Source: Bacteroidetes bacterium UBA1941
GTDB lineage: Bacteria; Bacteroidota; Bacteroidia; Chitinophagales; LD1
Direction of reading: 5' to 3'
Length of the DNA stretch: 64,000 bases
NCBI GenBank assembly: GCA_002336805.1
Contig: DDEZ01000010.1
Coordinates: forward strand, 74,895 to 138,894
Positions within the stretch are counted from its first letter, which is position 1. Each line of letters starts with the position of its first letter. The position numbers and the translations under genes were made by a program. The notes below the pieces were generated by a model that searched no databases, had not been told where the DNA came from, and saw only the letters and a program-made list of their open reading frames with translations. Positions 28,033 through 37,074 of this stretch are shown here, in pieces.

Positions 28033-29907
28033 ATGAACAAGATCGCACTGATACTGATGTGCATGGTAGCTGCCATAGGCCTGCAGGCACAAAGCTACCT
28101 GCTCCCATCACGCCCGCATGTAGATAGCACGCTGGCACCCTTCTTTCACGGTGTAGCCTCCGGTGATCCGCTGGCTGACCGCGTGATACTCTGGACGCGT
28201 GTCACCACTGATGACAACTCTGTGAGTGTAGACTGGCAGATAGCCACTGATACGGCCTTTGCCAATGTAGTAGGCTCCGGTACCGTGAGTACCGATACCT
28301 CACGAGATCATACAGTGAAAGTGGATGCCACCGGCCTCACAGCAGGCAGCTGGTACTACTATCGCTTCAAGGCGTATAACAGGTACTCCGCCACAGGCCG
28401 CACGCGCACCGCACCGGTAGGCAATACCGACAGCCTGCGTTTTGCGGTCATAGCCTGCTCCAATTTCCAAGCGGGGTTCTTTAACGTGTATCATGATATA
28501 GCAACGCGCAACGATATTGACGCGGTACTGCACCTGGGCGACTACTACTATGAGTATGAGGGACAGGGCTACGGATATGATGGTGATACCAACCGTATAC
28601 ATGACCCTGACCACGAGGCGCTGACACTGGCAGACTACCGCATGCGCCACTCTCAGTACAAGCTGGACGCAGATCTGAGGTACTGTCACCAGCAGTATCC
28701 ATTCATCACCATCTGGGATGACCATGAGACAGCCAATGACTCCTACTATAGTGGCGCTCAAAACCATACTCCATCTACTGAGGGTGACTGGTTTACGCGC
28801 AAGGATGCAGGCAAGCGTGCCTACTTTGAGTGGCTGCCTATCCGTGAGATATCGGCGGGCAATGATACGATCCTGCATCGTACAGAGCACTGGGGCGACC
28901 TGCTGGACCTGATCATGATAGATACCCGCTACGAGGGCCGCGATTCATCCCTGGGCCAGTTTATCCCAGCCAGCAATGCATTTCTCTCAGATACGGGCCG
29001 CCACCTGATAGGCAATGAGCAGCTCACATGGTTTAAAGGAGAGCTGGATAACTCTGCCGCCAGATGGAAGGTGATAGGCAACCAGGTAATGATAGCGCCG
29101 CTACACGTCAATGTAGGCACAGGAGATCAGGTGCTAAACGGCGACCAGTGGGATGGCTATCCGGCTGAGCGCAAGCGTGTACTGGATCACATCATGCAGA
29201 ATAACATTAAGGATGTGGTCTTCCTGACTGGTGATATCCACTGCTCATGGGGCAATGATATTCCTCATCCGGATTCTACATACAATCAGTCCACAGGCCG
29301 TGGATCGGCAGCTACAGAGTTTGTATGTACGAGTGTGACATCACCTACATTCAACGGTCTCGGCTCGGTGCCACTATCACTGATACAGGTTTTTGACAAG
29401 CATGTGAAGTATGCAGAGCTGAGCAAGCGCGGCTACCTGCTGCTGGATGTAAACAAGGTGCGTGTACAGGGCGACTGGATACATATGAGCACAGTGACCA
29501 GCAAGACCTACACACCGACGGATGATGCACAGTGGATGAACCTGGATGGTGAGCGCTTCCTGCGCCAGGCACCATCTGTACTCGGACCTCGTCCGGGCAA
29601 TCCACCGCTGACTCCATTTATCACAGGTATAGGAGAAGTGGCCAACAACATCCTCATACTCGGTATGTATCCTAACCCTGCCGAGAACGAAGTGGCTATC
29701 CAGTACTACCTCTCAGAGCCATCTAAGGTAGATGTGACCATCACGGACATGAGCGGACGCAATGTGTACACACATACCACGCAGCAGACCCAGTATGGCT
29801 TGTACAATACCAAGGCCTTTATAGACGGCCTGGCTGCAGGCAGCTACGTAGTGAGCATCTCTGCCAACGGAAAAACATACAGCAAGCAGATCGTAAAGGG
29901 TAAGTAA
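28033..29907 (+). CDS. phoD: alkaline phosphatase D with T9SS C-terminal sorting domain (tandem copy B)
   Basis: Collinear with copy A over the full length, with the same catalytic blocks and T9SS tail. A 41-nt spacer separates the copies. Confidence 0.9.
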   Translation: MNKIALILMCMVAAIGLQAQSYLLPSRPHVDSTLAPFFHGVASGDPLADRVILWTRVTTDDNSVSVDWQIATDTAFANVVGSGTVSTDTSRDHTVKVDATGLTAGSWYYYRFKAYNRYSATGRTRTAPVGNTDSLRFAVIACSNFQAGFFNVYHDIATRNDIDAVLHLGDYYYEYEGQGYGYDGDTNRIHDPDHEALTLADYRMRHSQYKLDADLRYCHQQYPFITIWDDHETANDSYYSGAQNHTPSTEGDWFTRKDAGKRAYFEWLPIREISAGNDTILHRTEHWGDLLDLIMIDTRYEGRDSSLGQFIPASNAFLSDTGRHLIGNEQLTWFKGELDNSAARWKVIGNQVMIAPLHVNVGTGDQVLNGDQWDGYPAERKRVLDHIMQNNIKDVVFLTGDIHCSWGNDIPHPDSTYNQSTGRGSAATEFVCTSVTSPTFNGLGSVPLSLIQVFDKHVKYAELSKRGYLLLDVNKVRVQGDWIHMSTVTSKTYTPTDDAQWMNLDGERFLRQAPSVLGPRPGNPPLTPFITGIGEVANNILILGMYPNPAENEVAIQYYLSEPSKVDVTITDMSGRNVYTHTTQQTQYGLYNTKAFIDGLAAGSYVVSISANGKTYSKQIVKGK

Positions 29908-29925
29908 TAAACCAACCCATAAGCT

Positions 29926-29960
29926 AACGGCTGGCAGGATCATCTTCGCCAGCCGTTTTT
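29926..29960 (+). terminator. rho-independent terminator after phoD copy B
   Basis: aacggctggc / gccagccgtt 10-bp stem, 12-nt loop, then TTTTT. Confidence 0.65.
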
Positions 29961-30008
29961 ATTTGAGGATATTTTATACATTCATCGGATAGATCAAAAC
30001 CAGACCAG

Positions 30009-31811
30009 ATGTCCGCTCAATTCTACTCTAAAGAGAACCTTCGCTTCATGCTGCACGAGATGTTTCCGATAGCGGAACTGTGCAAGCTCGACCTTTTCAA
30101 AGATCATACGCCCGAGAGCCTCGACATGATCATAGATGCAGCCGCCACGCTCTCTGAGCAGCAGCTGCGCCCGATACTCGTAGAGATGGACAGCAAGCCT
30201 CCATATATAGAAAATGGCCGTGTGAAAGTACATCCTAAGATGCGGGAGATCATGCAGCAGTTTGGCCGCGATGGCTGGATATCTATGTCTGCGCCGCATG
30301 AGTATGGCGGGTTGCAAGTACCTTTCACCATCGTGCAGGCCGTGGGCTTTATCATGGCTGCGGCCAATTACTCGCCGATGGTTTATGGTTTCCTCACTAC
30401 AGGCGCGGCTCACCTCATAGAGTCGTTTGGTACAAAGGAACTCAAGGATACCTATATCCCCAAAATGTATGCAGGAGAGTGGCAAGGCACTATGGCGCTC
30501 AGTGAGCCTGGTGCCGGTAGCTCCCTGTCTGATATTGTGACTACGGCTACGCGTACGGAGCATGGGCACTACCTCATCAAGGGCCAGAAAGTCTTTATCA
30601 GCTGTGGCGATAGCGATGCGGTGGATAATATCGTGCACCTGATGCTGGCCCGTATAGAAGGCGCGCCAGCGGGTACGAAGGGGATATCGCTATTCGTAGT
30701 GCCACGCCTGCGGCCGGAGGCAGATGGCAGTTTGACTTTCAATGATGTCAATACTGCTGGTGTGTTTCACAAGATGGGGTACCACGGTGCACCGATAGCA
30801 CACCTGATGATGGGCGAGAATAATGACTGCCGCGGCTATCTGGTGGGAGAGGAGCACAAGGGCCTCAGTTATATGTTTCAGATGATGAATGAGGCGCGGA
30901 TAGGTGTAGGCTGCAATGCCACATCTATATCCTCTGCTGCCTACTATAATGCTTTGGAGTATGCTAACGTCCGTACGCAAGGCCGCAAGGTCACCGAGAA
31001 AGATCCATCTAAACCTCAGGTAGCACTCATAGAGCACGCTGATGTGCGGAGGCTCCTGTTATTTCAAAAGGCTGTGACGGAAGGTTCGCTATCTCTGGTG
31101 CTGGAGGCATGTAGCAGGTATGACCGCTGGATGGCCAGTGAGGGACAGGAGAAAGAAAATAATCACATGCTGCTCGAACTGCTCACACCCATGGTGAAAT
31201 CATATCCGGCAGAGATGAGCATCCTATCTACCAGTGCAGGTCTGCAGATATTTGGTGGATACGGCTATACTAAGGAGTTTCTGGCGGAGCTCTTCTTCCG
31301 CGAGACACGTATCCACACGATACATGAGGGCGCCACAGCCATACATGGTATGGACCTGCTGGGCCGCAAGGTGATGATGAAAAACGGCATGGCTACAATG
31401 CTCCTGATGCAGGAGGTGATGACTGATATCCAAAACGCCCAGCAGTATGACGATCTGAAACCATATGCTATCGCACTCGGAGATAAGCTGATGAAGCTAC
31501 AAGAGATCACTATGCACCTGATCGGTGTGGCGCAGGCCGAAGGACCGGAGGCGTACCTGTCAGACGCCACGCTGTATCTGGAGCTGTTTGGTATCCTGAC
31601 GGTGGGCTGGCAGTGGCTGAAGCAGGGCGCCAAGGTGGAGGAACTGAAACGATCCGGTAGCAGGTCCTACTCACCGGAGTTCCTTCAATCAAAGCTTCAT
31701 GCAGTACAATACTTCTTTGAGTATGAGGTGCCTAAGGCTGATGGCCTGATAGTGCGACTGAAGAGCACTAACCGTGTCACCCTCTCGGCAGTGCGCGGAG
31801 AGATCGTATAA
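30009..31811 (+). CDS. long-form acyl-CoA dehydrogenase (about 600 aa, with N- and C-terminal extension domains)
   Basis: The ACAD core (GEWQGTMALSEPGAGSSLSDI, ISCGD, IFGGYGYTKEFLAELFFRETRIHTIHEGATAIHGMDLLGRK) plus the extra N- and C-terminal domains typical of the 600-aa subclass. Confidence 0.88.
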   Translation: MSAQFYSKENLRFMLHEMFPIAELCKLDLFKDHTPESLDMIIDAAATLSEQQLRPILVEMDSKPPYIENGRVKVHPKMREIMQQFGRDGWISMSAPHEYGGLQVPFTIVQAVGFIMAAANYSPMVYGFLTTGAAHLIESFGTKELKDTYIPKMYAGEWQGTMALSEPGAGSSLSDIVTTATRTEHGHYLIKGQKVFISCGDSDAVDNIVHLMLARIEGAPAGTKGISLFVVPRLRPEADGSLTFNDVNTAGVFHKMGYHGAPIAHLMMGENNDCRGYLVGEEHKGLSYMFQMMNEARIGVGCNATSISSAAYYNALEYANVRTQGRKVTEKDPSKPQVALIEHADVRRLLLFQKAVTEGSLSLVLEACSRYDRWMASEGQEKENNHMLLELLTPMVKSYPAEMSILSTSAGLQIFGGYGYTKEFLAELFFRETRIHTIHEGATAIHGMDLLGRKVMMKNGMATMLLMQEVMTDIQNAQQYDDLKPYAIALGDKLMKLQEITMHLIGVAQAEGPEAYLSDATLYLELFGILTVGWQWLKQGAKVEELKRSGSRSYSPEFLQSKLHAVQYFFEYEVPKADGLIVRLKSTNRVTLSAVRGEIV

Positions 31812-31876
31812 GGTCGTTGATTTTACCATAGCGTAATGTGAGATTCTGCTTTATTTGTAGCAATCAACTGATCGCT

Positions 31877-33004
31877 ATGCGCTACCTTTTCTTTGCCTGT
31901 CTTCTATTGATTTCTCACCTGGCTACAGCACAGACTGGTGCGGGACTCAAGCTGAATGAGATACAAGTCATAGGCAGCCACAATAGCTACAAGAAGCTGC
32001 CAGATCCTCGCGTCATGAAGTTTCTACTGAAGTTTCGTAAGCAGCTCGGTGACGAGGGCAATCCGATACGGATAGACTATGGTCACTTGCCGTTTGATTC
32101 TCAGTTTATGTACCATATGCGTGGCCTGGAGATAGATATCTACAATGATCCCCAAGGCGGTGCACTCTACAAAAGGAAGGTAAATGCCTTTGTGCACGGA
32201 GTGCCTGTGAGATCTCATGTAGAGGAGCTAAAGAAGCCAGGATTGAAGGTCCTCCATATAAAGGATGTAGACTATCAGACACATTATTACACTTTCAAGC
32301 AATCGCTGCTGGCGCTGAAACAATGGAGTGATGCGCACCCGTCGCATCTGCCGATATTTGTAAATGTAGAGCCCAAAACGGGTGGGCCGGGAGATCAGAG
32401 CAGTGCATTGCGGTTCTTTGGGTTCAAGAGGGTAGTGCCTTTTGATAGTGTGGCTTATGGTGAGATAGATGCAGAGATACGCTCCGTCTTTGGCGATAGC
32501 CTCACCAATGTACTCACGCCGGACCGCCTGCGCGGGCATTACACCAATCTGAAAGAGATGGCACTAGACCACGGCTGGCCTGCGCTGGATGCATGCAGAG
32601 GCAAGGTAGTCTTTATCATGCTCGGTGGCTCCAAGGATACCTATCTCAAGGGACATCCATCTCTACAGGGGCGAGCTATGTGTATATATGGCTCACCTGA
32701 GCGCGTTGACGTCGCCTTTGTGATGCAGGATGAGTCTATCAGTGACAGTGCTAATATCGTAAAGCTGGTAAAGCAGGGATACATCGTGCGCACGCGCTCC
32801 GACATAGAGACAATGGATGCCCGTGCGAATGATCCTCACCGCAAGCTGACAGCTTTTGCGAGTGGAGCACAGATCACATCTACAGATTATTATGTGCCGG
32901 ATCTCAGGCTGAGTACTTTTGAGGTGCAATGGGACGGCAAGCACTCAGGACGTATCAATCCGGTGACGATACCGGCGAGGAAAGCCGACTGGCTGGAGGA
33001 GTAG
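31877..33004 (+). CDS. PI-PLC-like (PLC X-domain superfamily) phosphodiesterase, secreted
   Basis: I prefer the ATG at 31877 (MRYLFFACLLLISHLATAQ signal peptide). LNEIQVIGSHNSYKK is the PLC-like catalytic His block. The remainder is consistent with the Ca-dependent bacterial PI-PLC-like family. Confidence 0.6.
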   Translation: MRYLFFACLLLISHLATAQTGAGLKLNEIQVIGSHNSYKKLPDPRVMKFLLKFRKQLGDEGNPIRIDYGHLPFDSQFMYHMRGLEIDIYNDPQGGALYKRKVNAFVHGVPVRSHVEELKKPGLKVLHIKDVDYQTHYYTFKQSLLALKQWSDAHPSHLPIFVNVEPKTGGPGDQSSALRFFGFKRVVPFDSVAYGEIDAEIRSVFGDSLTNVLTPDRLRGHYTNLKEMALDHGWPALDACRGKVVFIMLGGSKDTYLKGHPSLQGRAMCIYGSPERVDVAFVMQDESISDSANIVKLVKQGYIVRTRSDIETMDARANDPHRKLTAFASGAQITSTDYYVPDLRLSTFEVQWDGKHSGRINPVTIPARKADWLEE

Positions 33005-33007
33005 GCT

Positions 33008-34063
33008 TTACAACGCAGCCCAGTTTTGGGTTTCATCATATCGCAGATGACCTTTTTCTATCACCAGCGGAGAGGAGATATTGTTTGTATATAAGGAGCC
33101 GGTGCCTAGCCCTTGTACCATGCCAGTATTCCGGGATGCGGCCCACTGAGCGATAGCATTCAGGCCTATATTGCCCTCTAGTGCAGAGGTGGCCCACCAC
33201 GGGATATTTAGTTTGCCAGCGGCTGCGACCCAGTCATCACAGGCCGCGAGGCCGCCGAGGAGGCTGGGCTTGAGTATGATATATTGTGGCCTGATGGTCT
33301 CCAGCAGGCGGCGGCGTATGAAGCTATCACTGGTGCCGATCAGCTCTTCATCCAGTGCTATGGGAATGATATTTTCGCGACACAGGTTGTGCATCAGCAG
33401 GTATTGCTGCGGCTTTATCGGCTGCTCTATGGAGTGTATCTTATAGGTCGATAGACGCTTAAGTTTTTCCCGCACATTAGCTGCGGTAAAAGCGCCATTT
33501 GCATCCAGGCGGATCTCTATCTGTGCAGGACTGTAGTTGGCGCGGATACTTTCTATCAGGCGGCATTCCTCGTCAAAATCTATTGCGCCGACCTTGATCT
33601 TGATACAACTGAAACCATCGGCCAGTTTCTGAGCTATCTGCTCGCGCATGAAGCCTTCATCTCCCATCCAGACGAGCCCATTAATGGGGATAGCTTTTTT
33701 GCCCTGATAAAAATCTGATCCTTTTATGATCTCGTGTTTGCCTCCGTTTTTCAGATCGAGCAGGGCCGTCTCCAGTCCAAAGGCTATAGATGGGAACCGA
33801 TCCAGCAGTGCTGCCGGCAGTTTGCCTGTGTGATAGTAGGCATCTGCTATCTGGCTCATCTGACCGCAGAGACTGCGGAGAGCGGCCTCATAATGTGGCA
33901 GGTCGTCTATGCTGAGCCCCTCTATATAGCTGCACTCTCCTGTACCGGTCACCCCGTCCTGCTCTATGGTCAGGTAGTATCCATGCTTGTGCGTCATACG
34001 TGCACGGGAGGTGAGTACGGGGCGTTTGAATTCGAGGCTATAAGAGTGATAGGATGCGCGCAT
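33008..34063 (-). CDS. menC: enolase-superfamily enzyme, probable o-succinylbenzoate synthase
   Basis: 351 aa. N-terminal capping domain (YYLTIEQDGVTGTGECS). Barrel with IKIKVG, RLDANGAF and ALDEEL metal-ligand spacing. The menC assignment, as opposed to a dipeptide epimerase, is inferred only from size and family pattern. Confidence 0.6.
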   Translation of the reverse strand: MRASYHSYSLEFKRPVLTSRARMTHKHGYYLTIEQDGVTGTGECSYIEGLSIDDLPHYEAALRSLCGQMSQIADAYYHTGKLPAALLDRFPSIAFGLETALLDLKNGGKHEIIKGSDFYQGKKAIPINGLVWMGDEGFMREQIAQKLADGFSCIKIKVGAIDFDEECRLIESIRANYSPAQIEIRLDANGAFTAANVREKLKRLSTYKIHSIEQPIKPQQYLLMHNLCRENIIPIALDEELIGTSDSFIRRRLLETIRPQYIILKPSLLGGLAACDDWVAAAGKLNIPWWATSALEGNIGLNAIAQWAASRNTGMVQGLGTGSLYTNNISSPLVIEKGHLRYDETQNWAAL

Positions 34064-34073
34064 GATCAGTTCT

Positions 34074-34781
34074 TTATTCTATACCGCGCTCAGCCTTGAT
34101 CTGCTCAAAGGCCTCCTGTACTTTGCGGAATTTTTCGGCCATTGCCTTCTGCTCAATAGGAGAGAGGCCTATGTTCCTGTCAGGGTGATATTCCAATACC
34201 AGTTTGCGATAGGCCGCTTTGATCTCCTCAAAAGTAGCGTTATGCGGCAGGCCGAAGATATTGTACCGTTTCACCTCAGCAATATAGGACTGGCGTATCC
34301 GGTTAAACTCAATGTCATTGATATTAAGCCAGCCGGCTATCACGAATATCATGTTGCGCTCCTGCTGACTGAGGTCGGCATCTGCTATGGCTATATCAAA
34401 CAGGAAATGTATGATCTGGATGCGGGTAGAGGGAGAGGATGAGATGCGCAGGTCATCGCAGGCCTTGCGGGTATCATACTGGCGATCGAGGCAGTGATGC
34501 AGTATCGCCATTTTTTCCTCTATGTGTGCGGGGTCAAAGTGCTCCGTAAAGAAGCTGCGGACAAAGTCCAATTCCTGGCGGGTCACACGGCCGTCCCCTT
34601 TTATCAGTGCCGATGCGAGCAATATGAGGTTGGTCTCAAACTCGGAGGTGTTGGCCGTCTTGCTGTATTTTTTTGCGGGCTTGCCTATCTGCTCTCCGGC
34701 GGCATAGCCTATCATACTGCCCATAGGGCCACCCACTACAAAACCCAATCCGGCTCCCAGCCATTTCTCGTACTTTGCCAC
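34074..34781 (-). CDS. DjlA-like co-chaperone: TerB-type domain plus C-terminal J domain
   Basis: N-terminal Gly-rich membrane segment, a TerB-like repeat (LILLASALIKGDGRVTRQELDFV; FLFDIAIADADLSQQERNMI), and a J domain YNIFGLPHNATFEEIKAAYRKLVLEYHPDRN. Confidence 0.8.
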   Translation of the reverse strand: MAKYEKWLGAGLGFVVGGPMGSMIGYAAGEQIGKPAKKYSKTANTSEFETNLILLASALIKGDGRVTRQELDFVRSFFTEHFDPAHIEEKMAILHHCLDRQYDTRKACDDLRISSSPSTRIQIIHFLFDIAIADADLSQQERNMIFVIAGWLNINDIEFNRIRQSYIAEVKRYNIFGLPHNATFEEIKAAYRKLVLEYHPDRNIGLSPIEQKAMAEKFRKVQEAFEQIKAERGIE

Positions 34782-35563
34782 TATGCTGCCTGTGCTGACT
34801 TTCTATAGGTGAAGATAAACATAATAATGCCCAGCAGTATGAGCGGTATGCTCAGTAGCTGCGTAGAACTGATCGGTCCTACCGTCTTCTCCGGCTCCTT
34901 CATAAACTCCAGCATAAACCGGGTGAGGAATGTGAAAGTGAAAAAGAATGCCACGTAAAAGCCGGGACGCTTGCCACCCATACTGCGATATATCTGTGTA
35001 ACGATGAACAGCAGGATAAAGTAACAAATGCTCTCGTACAGCACCACCGGATGCCGGGGCTCGGTCTCGCCCGGGAAGATGAATGCCCAAGGTACATCGG
35101 TCACTTTGCCTATCAGCTCGGAGTTCATCAGATTGCCAAAGCGGATGAGGGCAGCGGGCAGATAGATGATGAGCGCTACGCGATCCAGCAGCCACAGCAA
35201 CTCAAACTCAGGGTGCGACCTGTGAAAGAGGTAAATAGCCGCAAGCCCGCCTATCACGCCGCCGTGGCTCGAGAGGCCGCCCTTCCACACACTGAATATC
35301 TCTATGGGATGGGCCAGGAAAAATGAGGGCTGGTAGAAGAAAACCTGTCCGAGGCGTGCGCCGATAATAGCCCCGATGAAGATATACTGAATGATCAATA
35401 CCAGATTCTCCTCGCTGAGGTTCTCCTTGGCCAGGATCCAGCGGCCCAGGAAGAAACAGCCGAAGATGGACAGGGTCCACATCAGGCCATACCACTGCAC
35501 AGAGAAAAGATGAAAATTGATCGGAATGGTCGGGTTGACATTCCAATGTATAAAGAGCTCCAT
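34781..35563 (-). CDS. lgt: prolipoprotein diacylglyceryl transferase
   Basis: VQWYGLMWTLSIFGCFFLGRW, GGLSSHGGVIGG, and seven TM segments. Its stop shares 1 nt with the start of the DjlA-like gene. Confidence 0.9.
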   Translation of the reverse strand: MELFIHWNVNPTIPINFHLFSVQWYGLMWTLSIFGCFFLGRWILAKENLSEENLVLIIQYIFIGAIIGARLGQVFFYQPSFFLAHPIEIFSVWKGGLSSHGGVIGGLAAIYLFHRSHPEFELLWLLDRVALIIYLPAALIRFGNLMNSELIGKVTDVPWAFIFPGETEPRHPVVLYESICYFILLFIVTQIYRSMGGKRPGFYVAFFFTFTFLTRFMLEFMKEPEKTVGPISSTQLLSIPLILLGIIMFIFTYRKSAQAA

Positions 35564-35700
35564 GGGTCAAGATTAGTGATTTTGGCGTAAACACTGCCGT
35601 CCTGTCTGAGAAAAGAAACAGCAGCGCTCACGTATGCGTATAAGGAGTAGGCCGGATTGCGGTTTTTTTATCATTTTTGAAGAATAACATTATATCTATC

Positions 35701-36306
35701 ATGCAGAAAAGGACATGGGCTCTCGCAGCCATCATCGGAGTTTTAGGTCTTGTAGCCGCTTGCAAAAAGGACAATAAGGCTGCCGCTCCGCAGGGAAACG
35801 TACCGCACGCTATCAGTGATACCTTCTACTGGCGCGCCAAACTGGACACTACCTGGGCCTATCATGGCGATAATAATAAGAGCGAGTGTAATGGCTCTAC
35901 GGGCCTCTGCAGTTCATTTCTTTATGATGCTACTTTCAAACTGATAGACAGCGCTAATCCGTATCCGCATGACTCTATCATCCGCACATGGGTAGGCAAG
36001 ACATTCTACACCAGTAGTGATACAGCGTCAAAGGCTTATCTCTTTACTTTCTCGTATCCTGATAGCCTGGGCCGTACAGTATCTACAGAGTATACCAGCA
36101 ATCTGGGCTCCAGCCTGACCATCACAGCTATCACGGCAAATGGCCACTCTACGCTGACTGCACCGGACTCTCCGGCGCTGTACTACAACCTATATAAGGT
36201 GAAGGGAACATTCAAGGCTAACTTGTCACGATCTCTGGATACCAATATCGTACACCTGACACAGGGAGACTTCCAGATCAGTGTGATGGAGAGCACCCAT
36301 CAGTAG
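35701..36306 (+). CDS. hypothetical lipoprotein
   Basis: I prefer ATG 35701 over the TTG at 35677. MQKRTWALAAIIGVLGLVAAC has a lipobox Cys. I recognise no motifs in the mature part. Confidence 0.55.
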   Translation: MQKRTWALAAIIGVLGLVAACKKDNKAAAPQGNVPHAISDTFYWRAKLDTTWAYHGDNNKSECNGSTGLCSSFLYDATFKLIDSANPYPHDSIIRTWVGKTFYTSSDTASKAYLFTFSYPDSLGRTVSTEYTSNLGSSLTITAITANGHSTLTAPDSPALYYNLYKVKGTFKANLSRSLDTNIVHLTQGDFQISVMESTHQ

Positions 36307-36309
36307 CCG

Positions 36310-37056
36310 TCATTTATCCAATACCAGCCTGAAGCCTCCATTGCCAAAGTGGTAGTGGTCGTACACGTTTCTGTTGCGTGCTTTTGAGTAGCAGCGGTTG
36401 TCTGCACTGCGCCATGAGCCTCCGCGTAGCAGGCGAAAGGCTGCCGGTTTATCATTTCGCGGATCGGTAGCAGGGCTCACTGCATAGTAGCCCGGATCAT
36501 AGTAGTCACTGCACAGCTCCCAGGCATTGCCCGCCATATCGTAGAGTCCTAGTTCATTTGGTTTCCGCAGGCCTACGGGGTGTGTCGTATCCCCGGCGTT
36601 GGGCCGGTACCAGGCCACCTCGGCCAGATCGTTGCTGCCGGGATAGCGATAACCTCGCGTCTGTGCACCACCCAGTGCGGCGTATTCCCACTCTGCCTCT
36701 GTAGGCAGACGGTACTGGTGCTCCGTTTTCTGATTGAGTCTGACTATAAACTGCACTACCTGCTCCTGCGTCACAGATTCTACGGGGCAGTCGGGGCAGT
36801 TTCTGTGACGGGATGGAGTGTCGCCCATGACCTGAGCCCAGAGCTTTTGCGTCACTTCGTATTTGCCTATGTAGAAGCTTCTGAGCGTGACGGCGTGTAC
36901 CGGTTTCTCATTTTTCTCACCTGTGGTGCTACCCATCTGGTAGGTGCCACCGGCGACCAGTACCATATCAGGTAGCGTCACCTGCGCCTGTACGGCAGAG
37001 GATATATATAGGAATGCTGGCAGGATAGCGTATTTCAGGGCTTTGATGTCTGGCAT
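36310..37056 (-). CDS. formylglycine-generating enzyme (SUMF1/FGE) family protein, secreted
   Basis: Start taken at ATG 37056 (MPDIKALKYAILPAFLYISSAVQAQ signal). MVLVAGGTYQMGS, YIGKYEVTQKLW, LPTEAEWEYAA, YDMAGNAWELCSD and LRGGSW. The 89-codon extension upstream in the track has no protein-like character. Confidence 0.85.
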   Translation of the reverse strand: MPDIKALKYAILPAFLYISSAVQAQVTLPDMVLVAGGTYQMGSTTGEKNEKPVHAVTLRSFYIGKYEVTQKLWAQVMGDTPSRHRNCPDCPVESVTQEQVVQFIVRLNQKTEHQYRLPTEAEWEYAALGGAQTRGYRYPGSNDLAEVAWYRPNAGDTTHPVGLRKPNELGLYDMAGNAWELCSDYYDPGYYAVSPATDPRNDKPAAFRLLRGGSWRSADNRCYSKARNRNVYDHYHFGNGGFRLVLDK

Positions 37057-37074
37057 TTTTGATATGTTTAGTAC

